Assembly: GCA_051294375.1 (NCBI GenBank)
Contig: CM119268.1
Span: 12,342,493 to 12,406,492, forward strand
Origin: Paraspadella gotoi
Taxonomy: Eukaryota > Animalia > Chaetognatha
DNA: 64,000 bases
Reading direction: 5' to 3'
Below the pieces are notes generated by a model. That model saw only the letters and a program-made list of their open reading frames with translations, made no database searches and was not told where the DNA came from. Below are positions 12,387 through 26,500 of this stretch, piece by piece. Both the position numbers and the translations under genes were made by a program. Numbering within the stretch: position 1 is the stretch's first letter; every line of letters starts with the position of its first letter.

Positions 12387-12424
<38 letters not shown>

Positions 12425-14344
12425 TGAGAGATGGAGAGAGAGAGTGGAGAGAGAGAGTTCAGCTTTTCCTTGATTTCCATCTGTTTACTTTAATCGTTTT
12501 TTCGGAAATTGGCAAATTCGGTAGGAATTTTTTTTAAACTAAGTAAAACGCTTAACAAAAACAATAAGAATATCAAGGAAATTTCGTTTTTTGCTGATTA
12601 TTATATTTTTTATTTTTTTGTTATTCAATTTTTTATTTATTTTTATTTCTTTAGTATAATTATTTTATCAATATTTAACGGGTTTCCTCCTCTTATTGTA
12701 CTGATTTTTATGGAGAGAAGACCAACTTTTTTAACTCGTCGATTTATTGTTACAATTTTTAAAAAAATAGCACAATATAAGCATTGCAAAATTAATTATC
12801 TAAGAATTGAAAAAGATATAACACAGAGAAATCACTTATCGGGGTGTTATAGTGAGTTTAATGATGCAGATTAGATTAGGGACCATTTTCGTTTGAAATA
12901 ATCGTTCTCAAATTACTCCCTGGAAAAGGGAAAGTAAGAGTCAGATACGTAATCCTCGGTCATCGCTTCTCCCTGTGGCAATGGCCACGTCGTTTCTTCT
13001 GAGCATTTGATTCATAAAAAATTATAATTAAGAGTAAAACGAATATGAGCGATAAAAATACAAAAATATGAGCGACGGATATGACGAGTGATCGTTGGTG
13101 ATAATTGACTAAAGAAGTGAGTAATGAAAAGAAAAGATATTATGAAAAAGAAAGGAGTAGAGAGATTATAGAGAGGAAAGGAAAAATATTAATAAATATC
13201 ATAAAGTTATGCTTTAAAAGATTAAATGATTTAGTGAAAGCATGAACCGTGTGAGTACAATTTACAGTTGCAGGTAATGCTTTCGTTCAAGAGTGAGAAG
13301 AGAGAAAAGATACTAAGTGTACCAAGGAGCGATATTAATACCAGGTGACCAGTCTCCACGGAGAGAGCGATAAGAATGGAAGATAAAAAATCGGTGCGAG
13401 AGAGAAAAAGAGCGTCTGCCTGGAGGGGAGGAAAGAAAAAAAAATAAAAAAGGCGCGACAGAAAAAAAAGAAAGAAAAAATAAAAGGGAAAGAATCGATG
13501 GCAGGAAAAGATAACAAAGAGAAACGAGTCGCTCGTGCGGTTCCGTCGCTTCATTTTCTCAAATTGCTTTGGAAATACAGCATAGTGCGAAATGGCGAAT
13601 GGGAAATGGCGAATAGGAGAATTCCAGTAAGAGAGAGAGTGTCTGGGGGGGGGAAAGACCAGACGACGCTGTCAGCGCTTGGCAACGCATTCATTATCGG
13701 GTCTCCCTCGAGGCTTGCTTGTTTCTGTATTTTCTCTCTTTTGTATTTCTCCACCTCTCCTTTCTCCTTCTCTCTTCGCTCTCTCTCTCTCTCTCTCCTC
13801 TCTTGTATCCTTCTTTTTGCACTCTTTCCCAAACTACCTGCTTCCAGTGAATTCTTTTTTTTTTTATAAAAAAAATCTTCATTATGTGCAAATCTCGTTA
13901 AGTCGAAGTTATGCTCGTTTCTGTTTCGCTCTCAGCACGAAACGTTCCAGGTTCCTCTCTTATCGTCGTCGTCTTTTATTAAATCCGTTATCTTTCTTTT
14001 TTTTTTTTTGCGTCTGCTGAGGCTTTTTTTATTGCGCCATTTTATTTCAATTAGTGCCAAACTGGATTCAATTTTCAATTTGCTCTTCATAATTCTTTAA
14101 TTTTATCTCTAATATCTTGTGGATAAGGGCGCTGAAGAGTGCTATCCGCAACTTTTTAAACCCTCTAGCAGCCATGGAAGGGGTCTGAGCTTGAACCAAG
14201 GTACGTGGGTTGGTCGATGAAGATGGCTTACTACTCAATGAGCCACCGGGTAACGCACTGAACGGCGTTTCATGCTTATAGGCGGTGTGCAGCTTATGCA
14301 TGATTGCCCGACCTACGGATCTACCCTGATCTCTTACCAAATAT

Positions 14345-14465
14345 TTTTAACCCTGATCCCTATCCTATCCTTTAAAACATTATACTGACCCTAAATCTAA
14401 TCTGTAACAATAACCGTCTCCTAATCTCCTAACGTCTAACGTTCTAACGTCTAAAGCCTAAGCGT
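14345..14465. repeat. Degenerate CCTAA/CTAAC-rich tract
   Basis: taaccctgatccctatcc..ccctaaatctaatc..cctaatctcctaacgtctaacgttctaacgtctaaagcctaag. Also present in B and C. Confidence 0.5.
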
Positions 14466-15224
14466 CAAAGCTGACTTATTTTCACTTACCTCAATCTTGG
14501 GCTCACCTTTCGTGCGAAAATCCCGGCCAATGTTTTTTTTTTTTTTTTTTTTTTGCGAAATCAATTCGTTTCATGCAAATTTGATTTATTCTCGAATTCC
14601 GAAACCTACGCTAATCTATTTAATGTGGTTCGTAGTTAATAGTTTACGACGTTTCATGTCGAAGTCAAGACGACGTGAGTAAACACTTTGCCGTCTTTTT
14701 TTTTCTCTCTCTTATTAATATCTCGTTATCCTCTAAATGAACGAGACAAAATTGTAACTCGAGTAACTTTCGCACAATCTCCGCCCAAACGCCCCTGCAA
14801 AGATCCGAAACAAAACAGAATGTTTTCTAAATAAAAAATATGAGTAAACCGGTAATTTTCTATAAATTTTTAAACGTTCATGCAATTCGCTTGAGTCCCT
14901 GGTCTTATGTCTGAAAAGATGAGTAAATTTATTTTAAAGTTCTAACTACTTAAAGCATAGTGAAACAAGTAAATTAGCAACTTTTATATATATCGCTTTG
15001 TGTAAAGTTTATTAATACTATTTTTTCGCTTTCAGGCGTCGAACGAAGAATCGTTGATAAACGATAATTGCAGGTTTACTCTGCAGAGGCGGCGGCGGCG
15101 GCGGCCTGCGGCGGCTGGCGCGCGAGACTGGCATCGCTTACATTTCAAATAAATTTTCATGCGGTCTCCCATTCACGCGCCAAGGTTTCATCTTTCGGTT
15201 TTTTAATTCACTGGACTGTTCGTT

Positions 15225-15433
15225 TTAAGATTCCGCCGATTCATCACTCGGGCTCGACGGAGGCGTCTGGAAATACGGCGGCGGCCGGCGCGGCGACGGA
15301 GGCGGCGATCGCGGCCGACGCAGGCGGCAGCGGAGGCGCTGTGGCGGCTGACGGCTGGTTGCGATGCGCAGCGATGTCGGTGGCTGTGCTGTAGAGGGGG
15401 GAAAAAGTGAACTTGATGCCAGCACCAGATTTC
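15225..15433 (-). CDS. Candidate terminal exon, Pro/Ala-rich low complexity (..PSDESAES*)
   Basis: tttttatatcag| acceptor, GC-rich body and TAA stop. The internal frame differs between copies. Confidence 0.2.
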
Positions 15434-15555
15434 CTGATATAAAAAAAAAAAAATCCAGGACGGTACTATTTTTAAAAATACTAAATATCATAAATATTTA
15501 TTAAATCTTATCTCAATCCCCAGCAGACGATCTAGCAGTTATTGTATGATCCGCT

Positions 15556-15640
15556 CGACGGTCGGGCAGACTGACGACCGACGGAATTCGGGCAGATTGG
15601 ACGCCGCCGGTCGGGCTTCAGACTGACGAGTGACGACGCC
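15556..15640. repeat. 25-bp tandem repeat CGACGGTCGGGCAGA(C/T)TGA(C/A)GACGC, 3 copies
   Basis: Clean in copy B (31738-31810) and noisy in A and C. Confidence 0.75.
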
Positions 15641-16714
15641 CGCCTTTCACAGCCGAGTTTGTCGGCTCGTCGATGGCTTTCAGGTGGTCTGATTCGTCGT
15701 CGACTATGAGTCGGTGTTGACAGCAGCTGTGTCTGGGCGACAGTCGAGTGTTCTAATGTCTTGGTCTGGTTCAGTTATACTTTGTCTTTTCGAACAAAGA
15801 ATAAGAAAAAAAAAATTTCTTTCTCATTCTTATCTCTCCTCTCTTTCTCTCTCTCTCCCTCTCTCCTCTCTTCCCTCTCTCTCCGCAAAAAGGAAAAACT
15901 AGGGATTAACCATAAACAGTGAAAAATGTTTTTATTTTACGGTCGGCGTCGTCTATTAACTCTTTGATGAGATGCATATCGAGACGACCACTTGGAGAAA
16001 TTGGATGCGACGTGTAGAGAGGGAGAGGGTGAGAGAGAGAGAGGAAGGAAGAGGTGAGGTTGGGGGAGGAAGATGACCGGTAAGGAGGGGAAGCAGCTGC
16101 AAGTCGGGAGCAGTGGAAAGCGAAGGGATAAAAGAAGATGGAGGAAGAAGGAAAATGAATCAGAATGAAAAAGAAAGAATATATATGACTGTAAATTAAT
16201 CAAAAATCACGCCAACAAAAAATAGATCAGAGAAAATATTTGTGATCTCTGCCGAGACAACAAAGCATTTGGTAAGATTAAATTATTGTAACTGTTGTTC
16301 CAATTTTTTTAAAAGCCATAGTTAGCAAAAAGTATTAGAAGGAAGAATCAGTCTATAAGATAAAGAAGTAGAAATTGAGGGATTAGGGGAAAACTAAGGA
16401 GGCAGAAACGAGTAAGGAGACCGGAGTCTTCTTTAAAAAAAACGAACGCCTTAGGATCCGCTGACAAAAAAAAAAGCTGCACAGTTGACTGAACAGTAAA
16501 GGAGAAAGCGGGCGAACAATGCCGAACACGACGTCAAATCGTATCATGACGATTTGTTCGTCCTTATATTTCTTCCCTTTTTTCCGGGGGACATAAAAAG
16601 AGGGCGGCCGCCTGGTCTCTAGTCTCCGTTTCTCTGGATCTTTCTTTCTCTCTCTTCTTTCTCCTTTTCTCTTGCTCTCTCTCTCTTTCTCCTCCTCTCT
16701 CCCCTCTCTCTCAC

Positions 16715-16920
16715 CTTTCAGCCCCTGGAGTAATACAGAAACCGAGTGGGCCGCCAAACATCGGTACGTCGACGGTCATGCGTCTCGCTCTCTTGTCGAA
16801 CGCGCGCCCCTCGCGTTGCGTTCGTGCTGATTGCGGCGGCGGTCGCGCCGCGCTCGACAGCAGCATGCTGCCTAGCACGCGCGACGACGTCCCGACTAGA
16901 GATGACGACACTTTCAGGTT
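16715..16920 (-). CDS. Candidate GC-rich exon, frame unresolved
   Basis: Ends at donor G|gtgaga followed by (AG)n in both A and D. The two copies disagree by several indels. Confidence 0.18.
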
Positions 16921-17168
16921 TACTTCTTGTTAGGTCGGTCAGTCGGCGTGTTTCATCAATATGGCATTTCATTAAATAGTTATTGCTAAAAAAGTCTATA
17001 AACCGCACCTTAATACTCTATTGTCCGGATTTTGGTAATCTAAATACTTGGATATAACATTCGTTTAGCTCTAAATCCTGTGAAATCATATTATACTCGA
17101 AAAAATCTTAAAACTCACCCGACTAACTCTAAATCCAAATATACTTTGTTGACGACTTCGACGCCGTC

Positions 17169-17251
17169 GCTCTAAGGCTAAGGCTCTAAGGCTCCTTAAG
17201 GCTCTAGGCCTAAGGCTCAGGCGTCTAAGGGTCCTAAGGCTAAGGCTAAAG
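17169..17251. repeat. Cluster of (GCT)CTAAGG / CTAAGG 6-8-mer repeats
   Basis: gctctaaggctaaggctctaaggc.. about 10 TAAGG-like cores. A cleaner copy lies at 48149-48229. Confidence 0.85.
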
Positions 17252-17454
17252 CGCGTTCCGCGCGACCAAATTCTTCTTCCTTTTTTATTAGTTTTTTTTT
17301 TTTTAAATCTGACGTCCGATAGTTTTGATGGGAGTATCCTTTAATTCATTATAATGCGGCTGCAGATGATCGGCCGGAGTGACGAATCTTTCCTTTTAAT
17401 GAGGATTTATAACTAAACAAATAGGGGGGTGGCTGGGGGTGATGGGGGTCGAGA

Positions 17455-17954
17455 TTCAGCAGCCACAAAGACTCAATGCTACTCTTTTTTCTTACCCAAC
17501 TTTCTCGCTCCCAATTCTGCGTTTTGAATACTACGGGGTCGCCAGTCATCTAATGTCAAATATATGGTGTTTTTTTTTAAATTCCCGNNNNNNNNNNNNN
17601 NNNNNNNNNNNNNNNNNNNNNNNNNNNNNNNNNNNNNNNNNNNNNNNNNNNNNNNNNNNNNNNNNNNNNNNNNNNNNNNNNNNNNNNNNNNNNNNNNNNN
17701 NNNNNNNNNNNNNNNNNNNNNNNNNNNNNNNNNNNNNNNNNNNNNNNNNNNNNNNNNNNNNNNNNNNNNNNNNNNNNNNNNNNNNNNNNNNNNNNNNNNN
17801 NNNNNNNNNNNNNNNNNNNNNNNNNNNNNNNNNNNNNNNNNNNNNNNNNNNNNNNNNNNNNNNNNNNNNNNNNNNNNNNNNNNNNNNNNNNGCCGCAGCT
17901 GAGCTCGCCATTTTTCCCTTCAATCAGTTTTCTTAGTCTTCAAACATTTGTCTC

Positions 17955-17989
<35 letters not shown>
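17455..17989 (+). repeat. Extra partial copy of ~6003-6137 and ~6411-6500 around a 304-N gap (17588-17891)
   Basis: ttcagcagccacaaagactcaa..aaattcccg and gccgcagctgagctcgccatt..caaacatttgtc match copy A. Confidence 0.9.
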
Positions 17990-18014
17990 NNNNNNNNNNN
18001 NNNNNNNNNNNNNN
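17990..18014. other. Assembly gap (25 N) preceding copy B
   Basis: N run. Confidence 0.99.
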
Positions 18015-18895
18015 CAATCTGGGCGACAAATGAAGGCGACCTATCTTGATGACGCCACCGACGACGACGGACGACGACGACGACGACATGCCTTCGGAAC
18101 TACGACGTTCAGAAACCGTAAATGTTATGTCGCAGCTTTGTATTGGTTCATCGCCTTCGAAAAGGACGAGGCTTTCGCATTAGTTCGACTTTTCTCTTCC
18201 AGCGATGGATTCTCGTTTGTCGCGAGGAGCGACATTAATATGAGGAGTTTTTTTTTGGTCGGTCGGTCGAGCTTATTATATTATATTTATTATTATTATA
18301 TTATTTATTTATATTTATATTATTATTATATTATTATTATTATATTATTATATTTATATTATATCCCTGCAAGCTTTCAATCAAGACTCTCTTCGCAGTC
18401 TTGTTTATTTCACTTCCCTATCGATGAAGTGGTATAAGGTTTCAAAAAATGTTTTCAATTGTATTGAAAATACCACTCCCTTAAGTATTAGTGTTATTGA
18501 TTATTTTTTTTTTTGTACCAATATGACAATTAATATTGAATTTATATTTTTCAGGTAAAAAAATGTTTCATTTAAAGCATATAATGATGATTCTGTCCTT
18601 AAAAGTTTCCTCACTCAAGTGATTAGAAAAGGGAACTTTTTTCTTTCCCACCTCTTTTACAAAAAAAAAGTAAGACCATAGCGCCAGAAAAAAATTTAGC
18701 GTTAGTTGATGAGCGCAATTGTTGCCATCGTCAGTATAGGAAGTTGTTATGGTGCCGACGGACGCCGCGCACGCCGCCGACGACGCCGCGCACGCCGCCG
18801 ACGACGCCGCCGAGTTCGAAGCCAGGCGCGGACGCCGCCATTAGCTGGGTGCGGAAGTCATTCTTTGTCGTTCGCACGAAGAACCCTCTCGCTTC

Positions 18896-18971
<76 letters not shown>

Positions 18972-18975
18972 TTTC

Positions 18976-19006
<31 letters not shown>

Positions 19007-19371
19007 CTCTCTTCTCTCTCTCTCCTCTCTCTCTCTCTTAGCTTTTTTCCTTTTGTTGTGTTCGTAATTTTCGTTTTGAATAAATGTGGTTTTCATGGAG
19101 AGGGGAGCCACCGGTGGGAATGGCGAGAAAAGAAGAGGAGGAGGAGGAGGAGGAGGCAGCTTTGGGTTTTCTTGTAAAACGAAGGTAAGTGGGAAGAATA
19201 GAAAATTCGGCGAATTCAATTGGGAAGTTTTAAAAATAGATAATTTATTTTTAAAATCCTTAACATTTTTCTTATATTAGGCAAAAAAGTTCATGTGATG
19301 AGTATGAGTAAGTTAGTGAAAAGAAAATGGGCGAGTTTATTTCCCTTTATTCTCAGTCTCATTGTCCCCGG

Positions 19372-19459
<88 letters not shown>

Positions 19460-21115
19460 TTAACGCTCCGGCTTTTCTCAATTGTTCCTTTGGTCTCTCT
19501 CCTTCCAGACTTGAGACTCGTGCGTTCTAAAGATTGATGTAAAACTGTTGAATGACACCAGTTAAGATCCTGTGGGCCACATTTACTTTTTTCTTCGATT
19601 TTTTTTTTATCGCTCACTCAGTCGCTTCACTTCTCTTTTTCTTTTTTCTTTTTCGCCAAGATCTGACTTTGTCCCACGATACCAATCTCAATTTCTTTTG
19701 TTTTTTTCCTTTCTTTTTTATTTAATGTTTTTTTTTATTACCCACTTTTATTGTTTCTTCTTTTTTTTTTCTTATTCGTCTTTTTTTTTTAACTTTCCCT
19801 TTTTTACCCCTATTCTTATTTATTCACTCTTTTTTCTTCTTTTCTCCTTCTTCTTTTCTTTTCTTTTTTTTTTTTTCTTCTTCTTTTTTTGACCCTCGCG
19901 TTTACTCATTCTACTCAGTCCTCAAAGCACATCTTGAGAAAAAGAAAAAAAAAAGAAATCACCAAGCAGTCAAGATTACGCCCATTTTTTATCTCATTTT
20001 ACGCGCCTACAGTTGAGGGAATCCTTTGAGCAAATTAATTTCCAGTTGAACATGCGACGTCCATGCTTTGAAATCATTTATCGCATTTCCGCGCGCCTTT
20101 ACTCCGCTACACGATTTAATTATAATTCCTTCCTTTTTCTCTCTCTCGAGTTTTTCTCCGCGTTTTAATTTCGCGCTAATGCGCTGATGTATTTCTACTT
20201 TGCTTCGCTTGTTTTATCTTGGCGTCGCTTGCTAATGATTCATTAGTTCACTTTTTTTTTTCGTTCGTTCCAAAGCACGCTATTTTTATATCTAGTTTGA
20301 TAAAACTTTGTTGGAATCGAATTTTAATGGATTTAGCGCATCTGTTTCCCTTTAGGTTTTCTCTGTTAGCACGAAATGATATCGAAATGATTGGCTTAAA
20401 AAAAAAATGTTTACCTGTCACGCAAAAAAAAAAAACAAAAAAAAAACTGATTAGTTGACTTAGTATTTACTTGTCTAAAACGACGAGTCTATTTGTATTG
20501 ATCTTTTTTTTTTCTCTCTCCTACCTCTTTCTCTCAAAATGACCTTTGCTCCGGTCGCAGCTGACGCAAACGCCGCCAAGGGTCGAAGAGAGAGATCCCC
20601 GCGGCGATCGTCGTTTTTGGCGCGGCGTCACTTGTGGCGGCGCCGCTTTTGCTTAACTTTCTCGCGCTAAAAAGAATTTAAAACGAACAAAACAAAGGCC
20701 GAGGAAACGAAACAGAATTTAAAAGAAAAAAAACTACCGAAAGTGAAAAAATAAAAAAAGAACAAACGACAAACGACAAACAAAAAGCAAAAAGCTAAGT
20801 TCTGCGAGAAAGAAAGGAATCGTGGAAACTAAGCAAAACAAAGACAAGAGGGGAAAAACAAAAAGAAGAGAGCGAGATAGACAAAAGGGAATAAAAATAG
20901 AGAAAGACAGAAGGAATGAGAGCCCGGAGAGCGAAGAAGAGGAGGAGGAAAGAGAATGAGGAGGAGGGGAGATTAAATCTGAGGATGCTGATGACATGCA
21001 ATAAAAATCCCGGGTAGGAATCTTTAAGCAAAGTTGCTTCCAATGACTAGAATGACAAAAGAAACACTAATGAAAGGGATGGGGTCCCGGAGACTGTTAG
21101 AAAAGAGACGGAGAC

Positions 21116-21188
<73 letters not shown>

Positions 21189-21952
21189 GACGAGAGAGAG
21201 AGAGAGAGAGAGAGAAAAGAAAGATTTAAAAGATTCTGAAAACAAAAGAGAGAGAAAAGGAGACAGAGTGTAATGTTTTTTTAAAGGAACATTCAGTCAG
21301 ACTGTAGACTAAGATAATCTTAAATTATTACCCCGTGAGCCAAATCGATGATAAAAGAAAAAGTAATTATACGTAAATATATATTAAATATATATTATTT
21401 TTAACAAATATAAATACAAATACGCCGACAATTTGGCGATTTTACCATCTTTGTGAAAAAAAATATATTTGAAGTTTGTTAATGATAAGTAATAAAATTT
21501 ATACAGAAAAATACGTCCAAGAAGTGATTTATCATTTTAAAAAAATCTGAGTAAGGTCTCTCTCAAGTAGTATAGCACTGGTTTCTTCGCATCATCGGAT
21601 TTGGCTGAGGTGAGTGAGACTGTTGGGGGCTGGGTTTTGACGAGATGAATGAACTCGTCTTCGATGTATCGCTTTCAAAGCGACAGCTGATCCATCTAAT
21701 AGGTAAAGAGCTTATATCGGTCACTTTTCGTTTTTATATAAAATAAAAATTTAATGTCAAACAAATTGTACTAGCTAGAATGATAGGAAAAATTAATATT
21801 TCCTTTATTATTGACATAAAAAAGACATTATCATTTTATGGTATTTGCTCATAAAGTTTTTTAGGGTTTAGTAATGAACTTACCAACTTTATCTAGTTAT
21901 TGGTCCTTCTCTTTTAGCTTACTCGTAATTTATTGTGCGCACTTTTTTCTAA

Positions 21953-22014
<62 letters not shown>

Positions 22015-22821
22015 CTCTTCCCATCTCTTCCAGCGCTAAGCAATTTTTTGATGAATTGCAGGATCATCCCGCAAAACTCGAGCCCCTTCGATCTCCGTCT
22101 CCGCATTTTTTCCTCCACTTACCCCATCAACTTTCCCCATCAAATTTTTTTCCCCGATCTGCCATCAGCCCATTCCTGATCCCCATCTACCCAGTATCTT
22201 CTTTTCTATTTTCTCTGTTGTTTTTTCATATTTCTTTTGAGAAGTCTTTTCTCTTTTTTCCTACTCTTCATTCTCGTCATCCCAATCATTCTTTTCAACC
22301 CATCACCATCCGTTGTCACACCATCACTATTTTTAGCCACATCAACCTTTCAGCAGCCACAAAGACTCAATTGCTACTCTTTTTTCTTATCCCAACTTTC
22401 TCGCTCCCAATTCTGCTTTTTGAATACTACAGGGTTGCCAGTAATCTAATGTCAAATATATGGTGGTTTTTTTTTAAATTCCCAGCACGTACAGCTCATT
22501 TTCGTTTTGAAGTATGATTATATAATATATAATATTATATTTGGTTGTACCAATTTCATATATTGTGTTTTAATGAATTTGTATTGATGTTGAAGCAGTA
22601 TTCGTAAAATATAATTTTACGAATTAAACATCAAATTTAATTTATTCGTATCTATTCTCGCCCAAACCCCAATCACTAAAATAGCACCACGACCCTTCTG
22701 GATTCAACTCCCCCTTCTGAGGGAAAAACTCCTTCCTCCAACTGGGAAGTCGCAATCGCCGCAGCTGAGCTCGCCATTTTTTCCCTTCAATCAGTTTTCT
22801 TAGTCTTCAAACATTTGTCTC

Positions 22822-22914
<93 letters not shown>

Positions 22915-23489
22915 TCTCTCTTACTTATCATCACTCACTTCTCAATCCCTCATTACTCATTTAGCTTCTACTCATTTTTTTTCGTCACCATGGTCCCATT
23001 TAAAATCCTCCTCCCTCTCTCTCTCTCTCCTTCTCTTTTTTATCTTCTCAAAACCGATTCTTCACTCTCTCTCCATCAGAGCGGATGTCTTTTTTGAAAA
23101 TCTTTCTTAATGTTGTTTCGAAATATGTTTTGTTCTCTTTCCGATTCGACGATAGAATCTCAAAAACAACGAATAGCGACGAGGAATCCGTAATCCGGTG
23201 CTCAAGTCGTTTCAAAGAATTTTATCGTCGTCGTCGTCGTCGTCGTTGTACTACTGCTCCACCACATCTCACTTACCTTTTTTGTTTTATTAATTATTTT
23301 CCTTGTCCTTTATCAATAATACTAACGTCCTCGGGAATTTAAAAAAGAAATACTATGAATTTTCGCCTATTTTTTTTAAGCTTAGAAAGAAAACCTTAAA
23401 CTTTAAAGCTACAAGGGGAAAAAAATATTAATCACGAGAATTCCGTGGGAAACCTTGAGTCGAGCTCTAACATTCCGGGTTAAAGACTC

Positions 23490-23533
<44 letters not shown>

Positions 23534-26500
23534 CAACGAGACCCGAGGGAGATGCCAATGGCGAATCCAACGACGGCGCCAGTTGGTTGAAATCTTCATG
23601 AACTTCGCTGCCCTCGCTCGAGCGGCAGCTGCTGAACATCCCTCAGGGTCGTTTTGATGCTGCAAGTTGCTACAAAAGCCGAGTGGTTATGCGGTTTTGC
23701 TTCGATTCGAGAATTTTTGCTCATCGAAAACTTTTCCATATTTGCAATCACAGTGACATTTAAATCATAAATTGTTGTCAGTTAATTGTAACAACTTTTC
23801 AGTCACCTCTTCGGACAAAAGAATTTTCTATTCGTACTCTGGTACGTTTAACAAAGTGTTGTTAAAAAGTTAAAATATTTCAAAACAAATTAATATAAGT
23901 AAAAGAAATTTACTTTGACTTTATCTAAAATTCTCAAGCTGTAGTAGTAGATATTCCAAATTTATTCTCATATACTTAAGTGAAACAACAAAAAGAAACG
24001 AACGTAAACAGCCAATGTTAATGAAACTATCAAGCTTTAAAATAGTACACAAGATTTTGTTACAAATACTAAAGTACATTAAATGTCTTTTCATACCTGT
24101 TTTGTCTGTCTCTCATAAAGGGCGACCATGAAGGAAATCTTCTATCTTTATCCCCCTCTCTCTCTCTTATCTTTCCTCTCTCTCTCTCTCTTCCCAAAAC
24201 AAAAGAGAAAATGAATCTCTTCCATCTTCGGCCTCTTGATACCTGAAGCGCGCGTCAAATCCCAGATTATCAAATCTATTTATCGTCGACTTGGCAATTT
24301 TGCCTTCGTTTTCTCCTCCTCCTTACTTTCTTGCCATCTTCTCTCGTCGTCGGTTGCTGCCTCAATATCCCAATTGCCATCTTCCCTAAAGACTCCTTTC
24401 TTGCCGAAAGACTCCTTTCTTGCCATTTTTTTGTCCTCTTTCGCTGGCCTAATATCCGAATTGCCATCTTCCAAAAAGACTCCTTTCTTTCCATTTTCTC
24501 TTATCGTCTTTGGCTGTCTCAATATTCGAAGGGCCATCTTCCTTTTGCTGGCTTAATATATTCGGATTGCCATCTTCTTTTAAAGATCCTCTTTTTAAAC
24601 ATTTTCTCTCGTCGTTTCAATATCCGAGTGGCTATCTTTCCTAAAGATCCTTTAGGGTCTTAGCCTCTTTTTTACTACCTTAGGTACGCCTCGTATTATT
24701 TTTTTCATTATTTCTTTCGATTAAGAATTTTTAAAAATTTCTCTCATGTCTTTCTTTCTTTCACTGCTTCCTGTCCGTGACGATCTTCTTTGTCCACGTT
24801 CCTTATTCTTCGGTTTCCTCTCAATACGACTAACTGCCTTCACCAAATTTCCGTCGAGGAATTTCGGAGGCAAAAACTGCCACCAAAAATCAATACATAT
24901 TCGGTTTTAATTGCCTCGTAAAAGTTTTAACGCGGCAGAGAGAAGAAGAAAGAAGAAGGAGAAAGAAGAAGAAGAAAAAAAGGAGACGAAAGAAAATAAG
25001 AAAGAAAAAAAAAACAAATAGACGAAGAAGAAAATTATTCGGCACCGACCTTTAAAACAAATTCCGCCTTTCGATATTTTTAGTTTTTGAGCTGGAGATA
25101 ATTGAAATTGCTTCGTTTGAGAGAGAGAGAGAGAGAGACGATGCCAGTTTATTGATGGGAGTTTCCAAATTTAATTCGTCACATTAATATTATATCTTTA
25201 TACTAAAACAATAAAAATAAAAACGACGCTTCCACCGTCGATTTCCAAGACGTTTAATCAACCGCGGTGCAAGCGAACGCAATCGCTGATCTTATTAATC
25301 CCGATAATAACGCACAAGTACAACGTGCCAAAAAATGAGTGCGCCTGAGAGCAAAACGTGTCCTTCCATTTGATTATGAGCCACTGCGAAAGCTCCCGGC
25401 TTCAAATTGAGAAATGCACAAAGCATTAAATAATTTTCTCCGACCCAACATGAAACGAAAATGAGGTACGTTCACTCACCCGGTGCACGCAGAAAGAGTT
25501 CAGATGCGTCCACTCAACCCGCGCATGCGCGCGACGCGCAACTGGAAAAAAAACGCGTTTCCGTCGAAAATCGGCGATTACGCTGTCCGTCGTTGACAGG
25601 CGTTATTGATTACTGGCTGACGTAAGAAAGACAAATGATGGAACTCTGTCGACGACGACGACGACGACAACGACCACGAGAGCAGAGACGAAGACGAGGA
25701 TGACGAAAAGGAAGAATTAGAGGGAAAAAAGAGTGATGAGCAAAAAAAGAAAAAAACTGTCGCCAGACTAGAAAGAAGACAGTTTGTTTAATGATAAAAC
25801 TGATAAGAAGAATGGAATCTACGGGAGATAATGTGACGACTGAGACGGAGAAAGAGAAACTGAGACAGAGAGAGATAGAGAAAATTGTCTTTTCGATCCA
25901 CAGTTTCCGGACTTTTGGGATGATTTTTTTTTATAAAATATACGTTTCGAATTTTATTGTAGGACCCTTAATCTAACGTGTGCCGTTGTCTAAATTAGTT
26001 AAGTAGAGTAAGTGAGCCGTATTCGAAAAAATACATTATTTATGACCTAAAACGTCCTCCATACCCTTTTTTTTTATTGCCATGAATCCAGAATTACGGG
26101 CTAAAAGTTCTTCGTTGGAAACTTAGTATTCGTCCGAAGCTGGATCGATCTGGGAATTTCTCTGCACTGAACATATATTTTCTCTTCGCACACCCATTTA
26201 CGCAAACCTCGCCCTGACATTTCTTCCATCAGTCTGCTCAGAGCCGCTCACATCGAAAACGGTCGGGCTATGCGAGGAAATTACTTTTTTTACGATTAGC
26301 GCATTAGCCTTCTTTTTGTTCCACTATTCTTAGTCATGCGTCGTGCTCTACAGTCACTTTTCTTTTCTGGTAGAATTCAATAAATTTTTTTTTTTTTTTT
26401 TACAAATCGTTCCATACAATAGAAATATTTCTCGGTTTGTCCAATTCTCATAGCCATTCTTTTAAACGTTTGCCTATCCAAACTAACCAAATCGACTTAG

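Noticed and set aside
16711-16800. PDZ-like motif GGPLGFCI in the - strand ORF 16711-16911
   Set aside because: Copy D has indels through this motif and does not reproduce it, so it is probably error-dependent.
17169-17251. True telomere or chromosome end
   Set aside because: The tract is short, has mixed unit lengths, does not match a canonical repeat and is internal with ordinary flanks.
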